From positions 1-64,000 of the forward strand of contig CAWDVE010000020.1 of NCBI GenBank assembly GCA_963805625.1: DNA of 64,000 nt. Reading direction: 5' to 3'. Within the stretch, counting starts at the first letter, position 1. The number at the start of each line of letters is the position of its first letter. A program made the position numbers and the translations under genes. The stretch comes from an uncultured Candidatus Rokubacteria bacterium (GTDB taxonomy: Bacteria > Methylomirabilota > Methylomirabilia > Rokubacteriales > DASRDR01). Of the stretch, positions 29,374 to 39,097 are shown piece by piece. Below the pieces are notes generated by a model. The model was not told the DNA's origin. It saw only the letters and a list, made by a program, of their open reading frames with translations, and did no database searches.

Positions 29374-31326
29374 CTAGCGGACCTTCGCGCCAGACGGAAG
29401 GTCCCGGTCGAGGGCGAGGAGCGCGAGCGCCTCGCCCGCCGAGCCGGCGAGCACCATGCCGTTCGAGGTCACGCCCATGAGCGTCGCCGGCTCGAGGTTC
29501 GCGACCACGACGATCTTCCGGCCGACGAGCGCCTCGGGCCGGTAGTGCTCGGCGATCCCGGCGACCAGCGTCCGCGTCTCCTCGCCGAGCCGAACGGTCA
29601 GCTTGAGGAGCTTCTTCGACTTCGGCACCGCTTCTGCCGCAACGACCTCGGCGACCCGGAGGTCCAGGCGCTTGAAGTCGTCGATCGTGATGCGCGCGGT
29701 CGAGCTCTCGGCAGGCGCTGTCGCTGCGGCCGCCCCGCCCGCTGCTGCAGGGGCTTTGGTGTCGACCCGCGGGAAGAGTCCGGACAGGCGCTCAACCGGA
29801 CCCGGTCCGACGCTGCGCCCCATCACCGCGTTTGCCAGCACCGGGCGACGCGTGTCTCCAACTGCCGCCCGGATTCGGGCGGCCGCCTCCGGCACGAAGG
29901 GCTCGAGAACGATGCCGAGATACCGGAGCGAGTCGGCGAGCGTCGCCAGGACGGCCGCCAGCCGAGGCTGCTGCGCCGGGTCCTTGGCGAGCGCCCACGG
30001 CCGCGCGGCATCGATGTACCGATTCACCGCGCCGATGAAGCTCCAGATCGAAACCAGAGCCGCGTGGATCACGAAGTCGTCCATCGCGGCCGTGAGCACG
30101 TCTGTCGTCTCGCCGGCCCGCCCGACGATCTCCTCCTCCGCCGCCCCCGGCACGGGCGTCGCCTCCGCGACCCGCCGACCGAAGTTCACCAGCATCGTTG
30201 TCGCGCGCGAGGCCAGGTTGCCGAGGTCGTTGGCGAGATCCGCATTGAGCCGCTCGACGAGCGCCTCCTCCGAGAAGTTCGCGTCCTGGCCGAACGGCAT
30301 CTCCCGGAGGACGAAGTAGCGGAAAGCGTCGTTGCCGTACTTCCGGGTGAGCGCGAGGGCCTCGACGACGTTGCCGACGCTCTTCGAGATCTTCCCGCCG
30401 CCGAGCGTCCAGTACCCGTGGACACGTAGCCGCGCGAAGCCGGGCAAGCTGACGCTGCCCGAGGCCCCGTCGCGGAGCAGCCCGGCCGCCTTCAGCATGC
30501 AGGGCCAGTAGATCCCGTGGGGCTTGAGGATGTCCTTGCCGATCAGGTGGTGGACGTGCGGCCAGTATCGCCGGAACCGGTCGCCGCCCGGCTCGCCCAG
30601 CGCGGACACGTAGTTGAGGAGCGCGTCGAACCAGACGTAGGTCACGAACCGGTCGTCGAACGGGAGCGGAATGCCCCACTGGAGCCGGCTCTTCGGGCGG
30701 CTGATCGACAGGTCCTGGAGCGGCTCCCGTAGGAAGCCCAGGAGTTCGTTCCGGTAACGCTCGGGCTGGACGACCTCCGGCTGGTCCTCGAGATAGCCGC
30801 GGAGCCAGTTCTGGTACACCGACATCCGAAAGAAGTAGTTCTCCTCCTCGATGTAGGTCAGCGGGGTCTGGTGGTCGGGGCACTTGCCGTCGACGATCTC
30901 CTTGTCCGTGTAGAAGCGCTCGCACCCGAAGCAGTACTGCCCGCCGTACTTGCCGAAGTAGATCTCGCCCTTCTCGAAGAGCCGCTGCAGGATGGCCTGG
31001 ACCACGCGCGCGTGCCGCGGCTCGGTCGTCCGGATGAAGTCGTCGTGGGTGATTCCGAGCGCCGTCCACTGTTCCTGGAACGCCTTCGAGTTGCGGTCGG
31101 CGAGGGCCTGGGGCGCCTCCCCGGCCTTCGCGGCTGCCTGGGCGATCTTGTCCCCGTGCTCGTCGGTGCCCGTCAGGAAGAAGACGTCGTCGCCCGCGAG
31201 GCGGCGGTAGCGGGCCATCGTGTCGGCCACGATCGTCGTGTAGGCGTGGCCGAGATGGGGCGGGCCGTTGATGTAGTAGATCGGCGTGGTGAGGTAGAGC
31301 ACGCCGTCAGGGGAGCGGCTTGACAT
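29374..31326 (-). CDS. metG: Methionine--tRNA ligase
   Basis: YLTTPIYY, HLGH, TGTDEHG, zinc knuckle, YVWFDAL, KISKS and a C-terminal tRNA-binding domain. Confidence 0.97.
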   Translation of the reverse strand: MSSRSPDGVLYLTTPIYYINGPPHLGHAYTTIVADTMARYRRLAGDDVFFLTGTDEHGDKIAQAAAKAGEAPQALADRNSKAFQEQWTALGITHDDFIRTTEPRHARVVQAILQRLFEKGEIYFGKYGGQYCFGCERFYTDKEIVDGKCPDHQTPLTYIEEENYFFRMSVYQNWLRGYLEDQPEVVQPERYRNELLGFLREPLQDLSISRPKSRLQWGIPLPFDDRFVTYVWFDALLNYVSALGEPGGDRFRRYWPHVHHLIGKDILKPHGIYWPCMLKAAGLLRDGASGSVSLPGFARLRVHGYWTLGGGKISKSVGNVVEALALTRKYGNDAFRYFVLREMPFGQDANFSEEALVERLNADLANDLGNLASRATTMLVNFGRRVAEATPVPGAAEEEIVGRAGETTDVLTAAMDDFVIHAALVSIWSFIGAVNRYIDAARPWALAKDPAQQPRLAAVLATLADSLRYLGIVLEPFVPEAAARIRAAVGDTRRPVLANAVMGRSVGPGPVERLSGLFPRVDTKAPAAAGGAAAATAPAESSTARITIDDFKRLDLRVAEVVAAEAVPKSKKLLKLTVRLGEETRTLVAGIAEHYRPEALVGRKIVVVANLEPATLMGVTSNGMVLAGSAGEALALLALDRDLPSGAKVR

Positions 31327-32188
31327 GCGGGCGCCCCTCCCACGTGAGCTGGGAGAGCGGAACCTCCGCCTCCGTCCCGTCGGCGAAGCCGACGAGCACC
31401 GACTCCTTGAGGACCTTCACGGCCCGGACGCGCCCCTCCATGCACCCGCCCCCGCCGCACTCGGCCTGACAGGCGGAGCCGACGCGCGGCAGCTGGGCGC
31501 GCAGCGCCTCGTACTGTGAGAACTCGTAGAGGAGGCAGCACTTGAGCCGGCCGCAGTTTCCGAGGAGGCGGCTGTCGTTCAGCGGCACGTCCTGGCTCTT
31601 GGCCATCTTCACCGACACGGGCTCGAACCCGCGCAGGTGGGTCGAGCAGCAGAGCTGGCGGCCGCAGGGCCCGATGCCGTCCTGCACCTTCGTCACGTCG
31701 CGGGCGCCGACCTGTCGCATCTCGATGCGGGCGCGAAACTCCCGGGCCAGGTCTCGCACCAGCTCGCGGAAGTCGATCCGCGTCTCGGCGGCGAAGAGCA
31801 CCGTCACGCGCCGGCCATCCGGCGTCAGCTCGACGTCGACGACCTTCAGCGCGAGCCCGCGCCCCTGGGCCCGGAGCTGGCACGTCCTCACCGCGGCCAC
31901 CTCGCGCTCGCGGCGCCGCGCTTCCTCCACCACCTCCTCCGGGGTCGCGAGCCGCAGCACCCGAGGATAGACACGGTCGCGCTTGATCGCGGGCAGGTCC
32001 CGGGCCGGTCGCCGGACTTGGCCGACCGCGTGGCCACGCGGCACCTCGACGAGGCAGTGATCACCCACATGCAGCGCAAGGTCCTCGACGAGGTAGTCGT
32101 CGGCCCGGCCGCCCGCGCGGAGGCGTACGCCGATCAGCCGCCGCGGCGGCGACGGGGCGCCCTGGAGCTCGTCCGGCGCGTCGTGCAT
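31307..32188 (-). CDS. ricT: RicT/YaaT (PSP1-domain) protein
   Basis: RIDFRELVRDLA, IEMRQVG.RD, G.CGR.LCC and G.CGRLKCCL.YE. Confidence 0.92.
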   Translation of the reverse strand: MHDAPDELQGAPSPPRRLIGVRLRAGGRADDYLVEDLALHVGDHCLVEVPRGHAVGQVRRPARDLPAIKRDRVYPRVLRLATPEEVVEEARRREREVAAVRTCQLRAQGRGLALKVVDVELTPDGRRVTVLFAAETRIDFRELVRDLAREFRARIEMRQVGARDVTKVQDGIGPCGRQLCCSTHLRGFEPVSVKMAKSQDVPLNDSRLLGNCGRLKCCLLYEFSQYEALRAQLPRVGSACQAECGGGGCMEGRVRAVKVLKESVLVGFADGTEAEVPLSQLTWEGRPHVKPLP

Positions 32189-32201
32189 TGGCGTTCCGCC
32201 C

Positions 32202-33206
32202 CTACGCGGCCGCCCCGCCGAGCCCGAGCAGCGCGGTCTCGAGCGCAAGCCGGGGGTTCACGTTGCCCTCGAGCGCCACCCAGGCGGCCTTCACCCGCGC
32301 GAGCGCCGCGGTGAGCGCCGGCACCGGCATGCGCGCCGCCAGGGCCCGGAGGGCAACCTCCTGATCCGCGTTGACGAGGAGCGCTGGGGAGCCGCCCGCC
32401 GCGAGGCAGAGCGCGTCCCGGTACCAGGCCCAGTAGAGCTCGAGGTAAGTCGCCACCGTCGCGCGATCGGTCGGCGCCCCGTCGAGCGCGATGCCGAGCC
32501 GCGCCGTGGGCTCCGCCGCCAGCGCAAGCGCCGCCTCCCGGCGGGCCCGGAGCGCGTCGAGATCCGTCCCCAGCGCGAGCCCCGGGCGCCCCTGCGCGAG
32601 CCGCGCCAGGAGCTCGCTGGCCCCGGGCGCGACGCCGCGGCCTTCCAGGAGCCGCGCCGCGTCGGTCTCGCTGAGCGGCCCGAACCGCACCCGCTGGCAG
32701 CGCGAGAGGAGCGTCGGCGGCAAGGCGCGCGGGTTGGCGATGATCAGCACCAGATAGGTCCGCGGCGGCGGCTCCTCGACCGTCTTGAGGAGGGCCTGCG
32801 CGGTCGGGAGCGTCATGCGCTCCGCGTCGTCCAGGACGAACACCTTGCGGCCCGCCTCGTGCGGGGCCAGCGCCGCCGTGCGCTCGAGCTCCCGGACCTG
32901 CTCGATCCGGATCATCGGGGCGCCCTTCGGATTGTCCCGCGGCGGCGTGGGCGTGATGAGGTGGCAGTCGGGGTACTGGCCGGCGGCCACGCGCCGGCAG
33001 ACCGCGCACGTCCCGCATCCCTGGGCGGCGCAGAGCGCTGCCTGGGCGAACGCGATCGCCGTCAGTCGACGGCCGACGCCCGAGGGCCCGACGAAGGCGT
33101 AGGCGTGGGCCAGCCGGTCGAGCGCGATCGCGCGCTGAAGCAACGTGACCGCCGCCGACTGGCCGACGATGCCCGCCCAGGCTCCGGGCTCGCCCGCGAG
33201 CGTCAT
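32202..33206 (-). CDS. holB: DNA polymerase III subunit delta'
   Basis: HAYAF.GP.GVG, CG.C..C, ALLKTVEEPP and TLLSRCQ; follows tmk. Confidence 0.93.
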   Translation of the reverse strand: MTLAGEPGAWAGIVGQSAAVTLLQRAIALDRLAHAYAFVGPSGVGRRLTAIAFAQAALCAAQGCGTCAVCRRVAAGQYPDCHLITPTPPRDNPKGAPMIRIEQVRELERTAALAPHEAGRKVFVLDDAERMTLPTAQALLKTVEEPPPRTYLVLIIANPRALPPTLLSRCQRVRFGPLSETDAARLLEGRGVAPGASELLARLAQGRPGLALGTDLDALRARREAALALAAEPTARLGIALDGAPTDRATVATYLELYWAWYRDALCLAAGGSPALLVNADQEVALRALAARMPVPALTAALARVKAAWVALEGNVNPRLALETALLGLGGAAA

Positions 33207-33865
33207 GCGGACGCGAGCCCGAGCCGCCGACCAACGAGGCGGGCGATCTCCGCGGCGACCACCGGCCGGGCACGGTCTGTGTCGACCACGATGACGCGAT
33301 CGGGCTCCCGGTCCCGAATGGCCCAGAAGCCCTTCCGCACCCGCTCGTGGAACTCGAGCGCGAGCCGCTCGAACGGGTCGCACGCGGCGAGCGCGCCTCG
33401 GCGGGCCCGCACGCGGCGCAGACCTTCGGCGACGTCGAGATCCAGCACGAGCGTCAGATCGGGCATGACACCGTCCGTCGCCAGGCGGTTCAACTGGGCG
33501 ATGGTCTCGAGCGGCAGGCCCCGGCCGTACCCCTGGTAGGCGACGGTCGAGTCCACGTAGCGGTCACACAGGACGACCTGGCCCGCCGCGAGGGCCGGGC
33601 GGATCACCCGCTCGACGTGCTCGGCCCGGCTCGCGGCGAAGAGGAAGGCCTCCGTCAGGGGCGTGACACGATCGACCTCGCCGAGCACCCGCCGGAGGCT
33701 GGCCCCGAGGGCGGTCCCGTCGGGCTCGGCCGTCGCGACGACGGGCACCCCGCGCTCCACCAGCCAGGCGCGCAGGGCCTCGACGTGGGTGGACTTGCCT
33801 GCCCCCTCGACGCCCTCCACCGTGATCAGGCGACCCCGGGGGCCGTCGGGACGCGCGACCGCCAT
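33203..33865 (-). CDS. tmk: Thymidylate kinase
   Basis: EGVEGAGKST, CDRY.DST.AYQG and PDLT..LD. Confidence 0.96.
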   Translation of the reverse strand: MAVARPDGPRGRLITVEGVEGAGKSTHVEALRAWLVERGVPVVATAEPDGTALGASLRRVLGEVDRVTPLTEAFLFAASRAEHVERVIRPALAAGQVVLCDRYVDSTVAYQGYGRGLPLETIAQLNRLATDGVMPDLTLVLDLDVAEGLRRVRARRGALAACDPFERLALEFHERVRKGFWAIRDREPDRVIVVDTDRARPVVAAEIARLVGRRLGLASA

Positions 33866-33899
33866 GGTGCCGTCACGCTATCACACGCGGGCCGGGGCG

Positions 33900-35042
33900 T
33901 CACGCGCTGGAGGTCGGCACCCCCAGGAGCGGGAAGACGAGCCGCCGGAGTTCGGCGACCTGGCGCTCGGCGAACTCCCGCGCCGGACGCACCGCCTCGA
34001 GCGGCAGGACCGGGGGTTCGTCCCACAGGGTCCGCCGGCCGCCGAGATAGGGCGCCGCGTCGACGACGAAGGCGGCCGGGAGCGCGGGCGGCAGCGTCAC
34101 CCCGTTCATGAGCGCCCAGGCGGCCGTCCACGCCCGGGCAACGTTCGACAGGTCGTAGCCTCCGCCGCCGAGCGCGACCAGGCGCGGCGCGAGCCCGATG
34201 ATGCGGCGCACGGCCGCCACGAAGCCGTCGACCGACAGCGCGAGGTGCGTCAGCGGATCCGTGCGATGCCCGTCGATGCCGAGCTGGGCAACGACGACGT
34301 CCGCGCCGAAGGCGCGGAGCACTGGGGGGACGACCGCGTCGAACGCGTCGAGGTAGACCGTGTCGTCGGTGTAGGGGTTCAGCGGCAGGTTCACCGCGTA
34401 CCCGCGCCCGGGCCCCTCGCCCAACTCGTCGACGGCCCCGGTCCCCGGGAACAGGCGGTCCCCGCGCTCGTGAGTGGAGATCGTCAGCACGTCCGCGCTC
34501 CGGTAGAACGCTGCCTGCACGCCGTCACCGTGATGCGCGTCGATGTCGACGTAGGCAACACGTAGACCGTGGCGACGGAGCGCCAGGATCGCGAGAACCG
34601 CGTCGTTCAAGTAGCAGAATCCGGACGCGAGGGCCGGCATCGCGTGATGGAGCCCCCCCGCGAATGCGAAGGCCCGCGCGACGTCGCCTCGTGCCACCAG
34701 CTCGGCCGCGAGAATCGAGCCGCCGCAAGCGAGCGCCGAAGCCTCGTACACCCCGGGCCAGATCGGGTTGTCGCCGGGACCAAGGCCGTACCGGTAGGCC
34801 TCGGGCACCGCCTCGCCGGCGCCGGCGGCCCGGAGCACGGCGAGGTACTCCTCGGTGTGGAACTCCCGGAGCGCCGCCTCCGTCGCGGGCACCGGCGGGA
34901 GCACCTCGGTGCCGGGCAGCCGCGTGAGCCCGTAGGCGTCCATGAGCCCGAACGTCAACCCGAGCCGCTCCATGCGAAGCGGATGCTCCGGCCCGTAGTC
35001 GAAGCGCTTGTAGGCGTCCGAGTGGATGAGGGCCGTCCTCAT
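33900..35042 (-). CDS. acuC: AcuC-like zinc-dependent protein deacetylase (HDAC family)
   Basis: HP...ER, GGLHHA, SGFCY.ND, DIDAHHGDG, D.H..DPL and GGGGY. Confidence 0.92.
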   Translation of the reverse strand: MRTALIHSDAYKRFDYGPEHPLRMERLGLTFGLMDAYGLTRLPGTEVLPPVPATEAALREFHTEEYLAVLRAAGAGEAVPEAYRYGLGPGDNPIWPGVYEASALACGGSILAAELVARGDVARAFAFAGGLHHAMPALASGFCYLNDAVLAILALRRHGLRVAYVDIDAHHGDGVQAAFYRSADVLTISTHERGDRLFPGTGAVDELGEGPGRGYAVNLPLNPYTDDTVYLDAFDAVVPPVLRAFGADVVVAQLGIDGHRTDPLTHLALSVDGFVAAVRRIIGLAPRLVALGGGGYDLSNVARAWTAAWALMNGVTLPPALPAAFVVDAAPYLGGRRTLWDEPPVLPLEAVRPAREFAERQVAELRRLVFPLLGVPTSSA

Positions 35043-35689
35043 CGTCGCACCCAGTGGCCGCTCCGGCCCCCCGATTTCTCGATCAGGCAGAGGTTCGTGA
35101 GCCGTATCCCCCGGTCGATCGCCTTCACCATGTCGTAGATCGCGAGCCCCGCCCCGGCGGCCGCCGTCAGCGCCTCCATCTCAACGCCGGTCTTGTCCAC
35201 GGTGCGCACGGCCGTCTCGACGTGCACCGCCGAACGCGCGCGGTCCAGAGTGAACCGCACGTCGATGCCCGTGAGCCGGAGCGGGTGGCAGAGGGGAATG
35301 AGCTCGGCCGTCCGCTTGGCGGCCATGATTCCCGCCAGCCGGGCGACGCCGAGGACATCCCCCTTAACCACCTCGCCTCTCCGGATCGCCCGGAGGGTGG
35401 CCGGCCGGAGACGCAGGGTGACGCGGGCGCGCGCCTCGCGCACCGTGTCGGGCTTGGCGGAGATGTCGACCATGCGGGCCTTGCCCTGGCGGTCCACGTG
35501 ACTCAGGCCCGACAGGCCGGGCTCGGGGCCCCGGTGGGGGCCCACGGCGGAACGCGCCGCGCCGCGCCGACGGGCACCGAGAGGTGCGGGATCAGCGCGG
35601 AGCGAGGATGAGCGGGGGGAGCCCGGGCGCCGGGTCACAGACACACCGCGCCCCGCGCGGGCCCGGGTGCCCGCGGTCGCGCGGGGCAT
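35039..35689 (-). CDS. moaC: Cyclic pyranopterin monophosphate synthase (true start uncertain, may lie downstream)
   Basis: LSHVD...ARMVDIS.K, KGDVL, LIPLCHP, TGVEMEAL, YDMVKA and KSGGRSG. Confidence 0.95.
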   Translation of the reverse strand: MPRATAGTRARAGRGVSVTRRPGSPRSSSLRADPAPLGARRRGAARSAVGPHRGPEPGLSGLSHVDRQGKARMVDISAKPDTVREARARVTLRLRPATLRAIRRGEVVKGDVLGVARLAGIMAAKRTAELIPLCHPLRLTGIDVRFTLDRARSAVHVETAVRTVDKTGVEMEALTAAAGAGLAIYDMVKAIDRGIRLTNLCLIEKSGGRSGHWVRR

Positions 35690-35710
35690 GGGCCGAGAAG
35701 ACCGCCGGCC

Positions 35711-35947
35711 TCAGGCCGACAGCTGGGCGGCGGCCTGATTCTGCCGGATGAGGGTCTCCATGCGGTCCTTGCGGATCAGCTTGAGCTTCTTCAGCTCGCT
35801 CTCGCGCCACTGCTGCTCGGGTGAGAGGAACGGGCGGGCCTGGAGCTCTGCCAGCTCCCGCTCGTGCGCCTGATGCTCGTCACGCAACCGCCGGAACTCC
35901 TCGTTGAGCTCGGTCAGGCGCTGGACGACGATGTCGCGATCCGGCAT
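35711..35947 (-). CDS. DUF465/YdcH family small coiled-coil protein
   Basis: EF..L..EH...E..L and LKKLKL..KD.M; GGAGGGAG RBS. Confidence 0.88.
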   Translation of the reverse strand: MPDRDIVVQRLTELNEEFRRLRDEHQAHERELAELQARPFLSPEQQWRESELKKLKLIRKDRMETLIRQNQAAAQLSA

Positions 35948-35967
35948 GCTCCCTCCTTCCGGCTCAG

Positions 35968-36001
35968 AAAAAAAGGCCAGCGCCCACGCGGGCGACTGGC
36001 C
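35968..36001 (-). terminator. Intrinsic terminator inside the leader of the DUF465 gene
   Basis: Reverse strand GGCCAGTCGCCC-GCGT-GGGCGCTGGCC followed by T7. Confidence 0.8.
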
Positions 36002-36086
36002 ATCTCAGTAATCGGGTCTGGCTTTCGGGTGCCACGCACTCGGCCTCCCGTCGACGTCCGGGGTCGGGCCTGCCGCGTTCAGCCCC

Positions 36087-36116
36087 CTTGTAGCAGACGG
36101 CTCCAAGCCGTGTCAA
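36087..36116 (-). promoter_or_regulatory. Sigma70-like promoter upstream of the terminator-containing leader
   Basis: Reverse strand TTGACA-N18-TACAAG with TG extension; imperfect -10. Confidence 0.55.
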
Positions 36117-36153
36117 GCCGGGCACGCCCCGGACACTTTCCTGGCGCGGACCG

Positions 36154-37257
36154 TCAAGACGAGGGACCGGCGCCACGCCGGACGAGATGGACCGCCGTCG
36201 CCTTGAACGTCACCTCGACCAACACCCCCGGGGCGAGCGTGAGCGTCTGGACGGCCGGACGCGTCACAAGCGCGGTGAGCGGCACCCCGCAGTCGACGCC
36301 CACCCGCCAGAGGGGCCCGAGGGGCGTGACGCGGGCGATGCGGCCGGCCAGACGGTTCTGGGCGCTCGTCGGGCCGCGGACCCCGGGTGGAGCGAGCGTG
36401 AGATCCTCCGGCCGGAGGCCGACCAGGACACGCTCGCCCGGACGAGCCTCCCCGGCAACGGTCACCCGCACCGGCCCCACCTCCACCTCGATCAGGCCGT
36501 CGGCATGCGCCGCGACGCGCCCGGGCAGGAGGTTCTCGACGCCGACGAAGCGGGCGACCGCCTCGCTGCCGGGCGCCCCAAAGACCCGCTCGGGCAGCCC
36601 GAGGTCGGCGAGCCGCCCCTCGAGGAGGACGGCCACGCGGTCCCCGAGCCGCAGCGCCTCGGCGCGGTCGTGCGTGACCAGCACCGTCGTGGTCCGGGTC
36701 GCGCCGAGGAGCCGCCCCAGGTCGTCGAGCAGCGCCTCGCGCGTCGGGGCGTCGAGCGCCGCGAACGGCTCGTCGAGGAAGAGCACCTCCGGCATGGCGG
36801 CGAAGGCCCGGGCAAGGCTCGTCCGCTGGGCCTCGCCTCCCGACAGCCGGTCCGTCGGCCGATCGGCCAGCGCGCCGATGCCGAGCCGTCCGAGCCAGTC
36901 GAGGGCGCGCCGGTCGGCCTCCGAGCGGGCCACGCCGCGCAGCCGACACGCGAGTCGGGCGTTGTAGAGGACGGAGCCCCGGCAGAGCAGCGGCTCTTGG
37001 AAGACGCACGCCATGCGGCGTCGCCAGGCGAGCCGCTCGGCCTCGGTCCGCGGCGCCACGCCCTGGAACCGCACGGTGCCTCGGGTGGGCCGTGCGAGGA
37101 GCGCGAGCACGCGGAGGAGCGTGGACTTCCCGGCGCCGTTCGGCCCGATCACGGCCAGCACCTCCCCCGGCACCACCTCGAGCGCCGGGACGTCGAGGAC
37201 GGGCTGCCCGTCGTACCGCACCTCGACGTCCGCAGCCTCGAGGACCGGCGTGCTCAC
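36154..37257 (-). CDS. tupC: Tungstate ABC transporter ATP-binding protein with TOBE domains (TupC-like)
   Basis: GPNGAGKST, LSGGEAQR and FLDEP; C-terminal TOBE (SAQN..FKATAVH). Confidence 0.75.
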   Translation of the reverse strand: MSTPVLEAADVEVRYDGQPVLDVPALEVVPGEVLAVIGPNGAGKSTLLRVLALLARPTRGTVRFQGVAPRTEAERLAWRRRMACVFQEPLLCRGSVLYNARLACRLRGVARSEADRRALDWLGRLGIGALADRPTDRLSGGEAQRTSLARAFAAMPEVLFLDEPFAALDAPTREALLDDLGRLLGATRTTTVLVTHDRAEALRLGDRVAVLLEGRLADLGLPERVFGAPGSEAVARFVGVENLLPGRVAAHADGLIEVEVGPVRVTVAGEARPGERVLVGLRPEDLTLAPPGVRGPTSAQNRLAGRIARVTPLGPLWRVGVDCGVPLTALVTRPAVQTLTLAPGVLVEVTFKATAVHLVRRGAGPSS

Positions 37258-38375
37258 ACGCCTGCCAGCACCTGGAGCGCGCCCCGATGCATCGAGACCT
37301 GCCATTCTCGATCACGGCCGATGTCTAGGATCTCGTAGACGAGCTGCGGGATCTCGATCTCGAGGTCATGGGTGCCCTGGCTCGGCGGCCCGGGCGCGGT
37401 GATCCGGAAGAGCAGCGTCCACGACGTCCCGTGGTCGATCGCGTCGACGACCGTCCCCGGCAAGAGATTCATGTGGTGGACCGGATCGGGCCCGACCCGG
37501 TCCTTCCGGATGAGCCGCACGTGCTCGGGCCGGACGACGAACGCGACCGATGTGTTCGGCGGGGCCTGGAACGGCGCGGTGGGCGAGTTGACCGCCTCGA
37601 CCGTGTGCCCGCGCCAGGCGATCTCGATGCGATCCGGCGCGGTCTTGACCACGGTGCCCCGGACGACGTTACGGAGCCCGATGAGCCGCGCGACGGTCTC
37701 GGAGGCCGGGCGACCGAGGACCTCAGCCTTCGGCCCGGCCTGGACGACCCGGCCGCCCTCGTAGAGCACCAGGCGGTCGCCGAGCTGGTAGGCCTCGGCG
37801 AGATCGTGGGTGACGAGCACGACGGTCCGTCGGAGCCCGGCCACCAGGGCACGCAGCTCGTCACGCAGCTGCCGGCGGAGCGGGGTATCGAGGGCGGAGA
37901 GGGGCTCATCGAGGAGCAGCACGGCGGGATCCGGCGCAATCGCGCGCCCCAGGGCGACGCGCTGCTGCTCGCCCCCGGAGAGGTCCCGGGGATGGCGTGC
38001 GGCCAGATCCCCAATCCCCAGCTGGCCGAGGATGTCCGCTGTGCGGCGCCGCCGCTCGCCCGCCGGGCGGCCGCGCAGGCCGAAGGCGACGTTCTCCGCC
38101 ACGGTGAGATGCGGGAAGAGGGCATAGCCCTGGAAGACATACCCGAGGTGGCGCGCCTGCGGCGGAAGATGGACTCCCGCGGCCGAATCGTCGAAGACCC
38201 GCCCGTTGACCACGACCCGCCCGGCGTCGGGGCGAGCCAGGCCGGCCAGGCACTGGAGCGTCAGACTCTTTCCCGCGCCGGACGGGCCGAAGAGCGTGAC
38301 GACCTCGTCGCCCGCGGCCCAGGCGACGTCGAGCGTGAAGCCGGGCAGCGCCTTCCGGAGCGCGACCTCGATCAT
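37254..38375 (-). CDS. modC: Molybdate ABC transporter ATP-binding protein
   Basis: FTLDV, GPSGAGKS, LPPQAR.LGYVFQ.YALFPHL; follows modB. Confidence 0.85.
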   Translation of the reverse strand: MIEVALRKALPGFTLDVAWAAGDEVVTLFGPSGAGKSLTLQCLAGLARPDAGRVVVNGRVFDDSAAGVHLPPQARHLGYVFQGYALFPHLTVAENVAFGLRGRPAGERRRRTADILGQLGIGDLAARHPRDLSGGEQQRVALGRAIAPDPAVLLLDEPLSALDTPLRRQLRDELRALVAGLRRTVVLVTHDLAEAYQLGDRLVLYEGGRVVQAGPKAEVLGRPASETVARLIGLRNVVRGTVVKTAPDRIEIAWRGHTVEAVNSPTAPFQAPPNTSVAFVVRPEHVRLIRKDRVGPDPVHHMNLLPGTVVDAIDHGTSWTLLFRITAPGPPSQGTHDLEIEIPQLVYEILDIGRDREWQVSMHRGALQVLAGV

Positions 38376-38382
38376 GGCCGCC

Positions 38383-39045
38383 TCAGAGCCGGCTTCCCAG
38401 GCGGCTCGCCAGCACGACGACGGCGCATGACAGCGTGGTGAGGACGACCACCAGGACGAGTGCCTCCTCCGTCTCGCCCGTGGACACGGCCGTGTAGATG
38501 GCGAGCGGCACCGTCGTCGTCCGCCCCGGGATGTTCCCCGCCAGCATGAGGGTGGCCCCGAACTCTCCGAGCGCGCGGGCGAAGGCGAGGACCAGGCCGG
38601 CGACGATCCCGCGGCGCGCGAGCGGCAGGGTCACCTCGAGCGCCGTGCGCCACTCGGAGCGGCCGAGGACGAAGGCGGCACGCTCGAGATCGGGGTTCAC
38701 GCTCTCGATCGCGGCGCGGGCGGGCCGGACGAGGAGCGGCAGCGCCATCACCCCGGCCGCCACCACCGCGGCGTACCAGGTGAACGGCAGGCTCCACCCG
38801 GTGAGCGTGTAGAGCGGGCCACCCAGCCAACCCCGCCGGCCCAGGAGGACGATCAGGTAGTAGCCCGTCACCGTGGGCGGGAGCACGAGCGGCAGCATCA
38901 CGAGCACGTCGAGCGCCTGCCGGCCCCAGAAGCGCCGCTTGGCGAGCAGGTAGGCAAGCGGGATTCCCACGAGCGCGTCCGCGAGCGTCGCGAGCAGCGA
39001 CACGCGGATCGAGAGCCACAGCGCGCTGGTCGCAGCCTCGGGCAT
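38383..39045 (-). CDS. modB: Molybdate ABC transporter permease
   Basis: LPLVLPPTV.GY.L and FARALGEFGAT.M.AGNIPGRT; ATG 39045 lies 8 nt after TGcTACAGT. Confidence 0.93.
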   Translation of the reverse strand: MPEAATSALWLSIRVSLLATLADALVGIPLAYLLAKRRFWGRQALDVLVMLPLVLPPTVTGYYLIVLLGRRGWLGGPLYTLTGWSLPFTWYAAVVAAGVMALPLLVRPARAAIESVNPDLERAAFVLGRSEWRTALEVTLPLARRGIVAGLVLAFARALGEFGATLMLAGNIPGRTTTVPLAIYTAVSTGETEEALVLVVVLTTLSCAVVVLASRLGSRL

Positions 39046-39097
39046 CAGGGCCGACTGTAGCATGCGGGCGCGGGCGGGCCCTCGGCCCGCCCCGGCC

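Noticed and set aside
36020-36045. TGGCACC in the DUF465 leader as a T-box, or the leader as a Moco riboswitch
   Set aside because: No stem I or specifier features, the antiterminator pairing is poor and the adjacent gene is not an aaRS; the Moco RNA consensus is not matched on the coding strand
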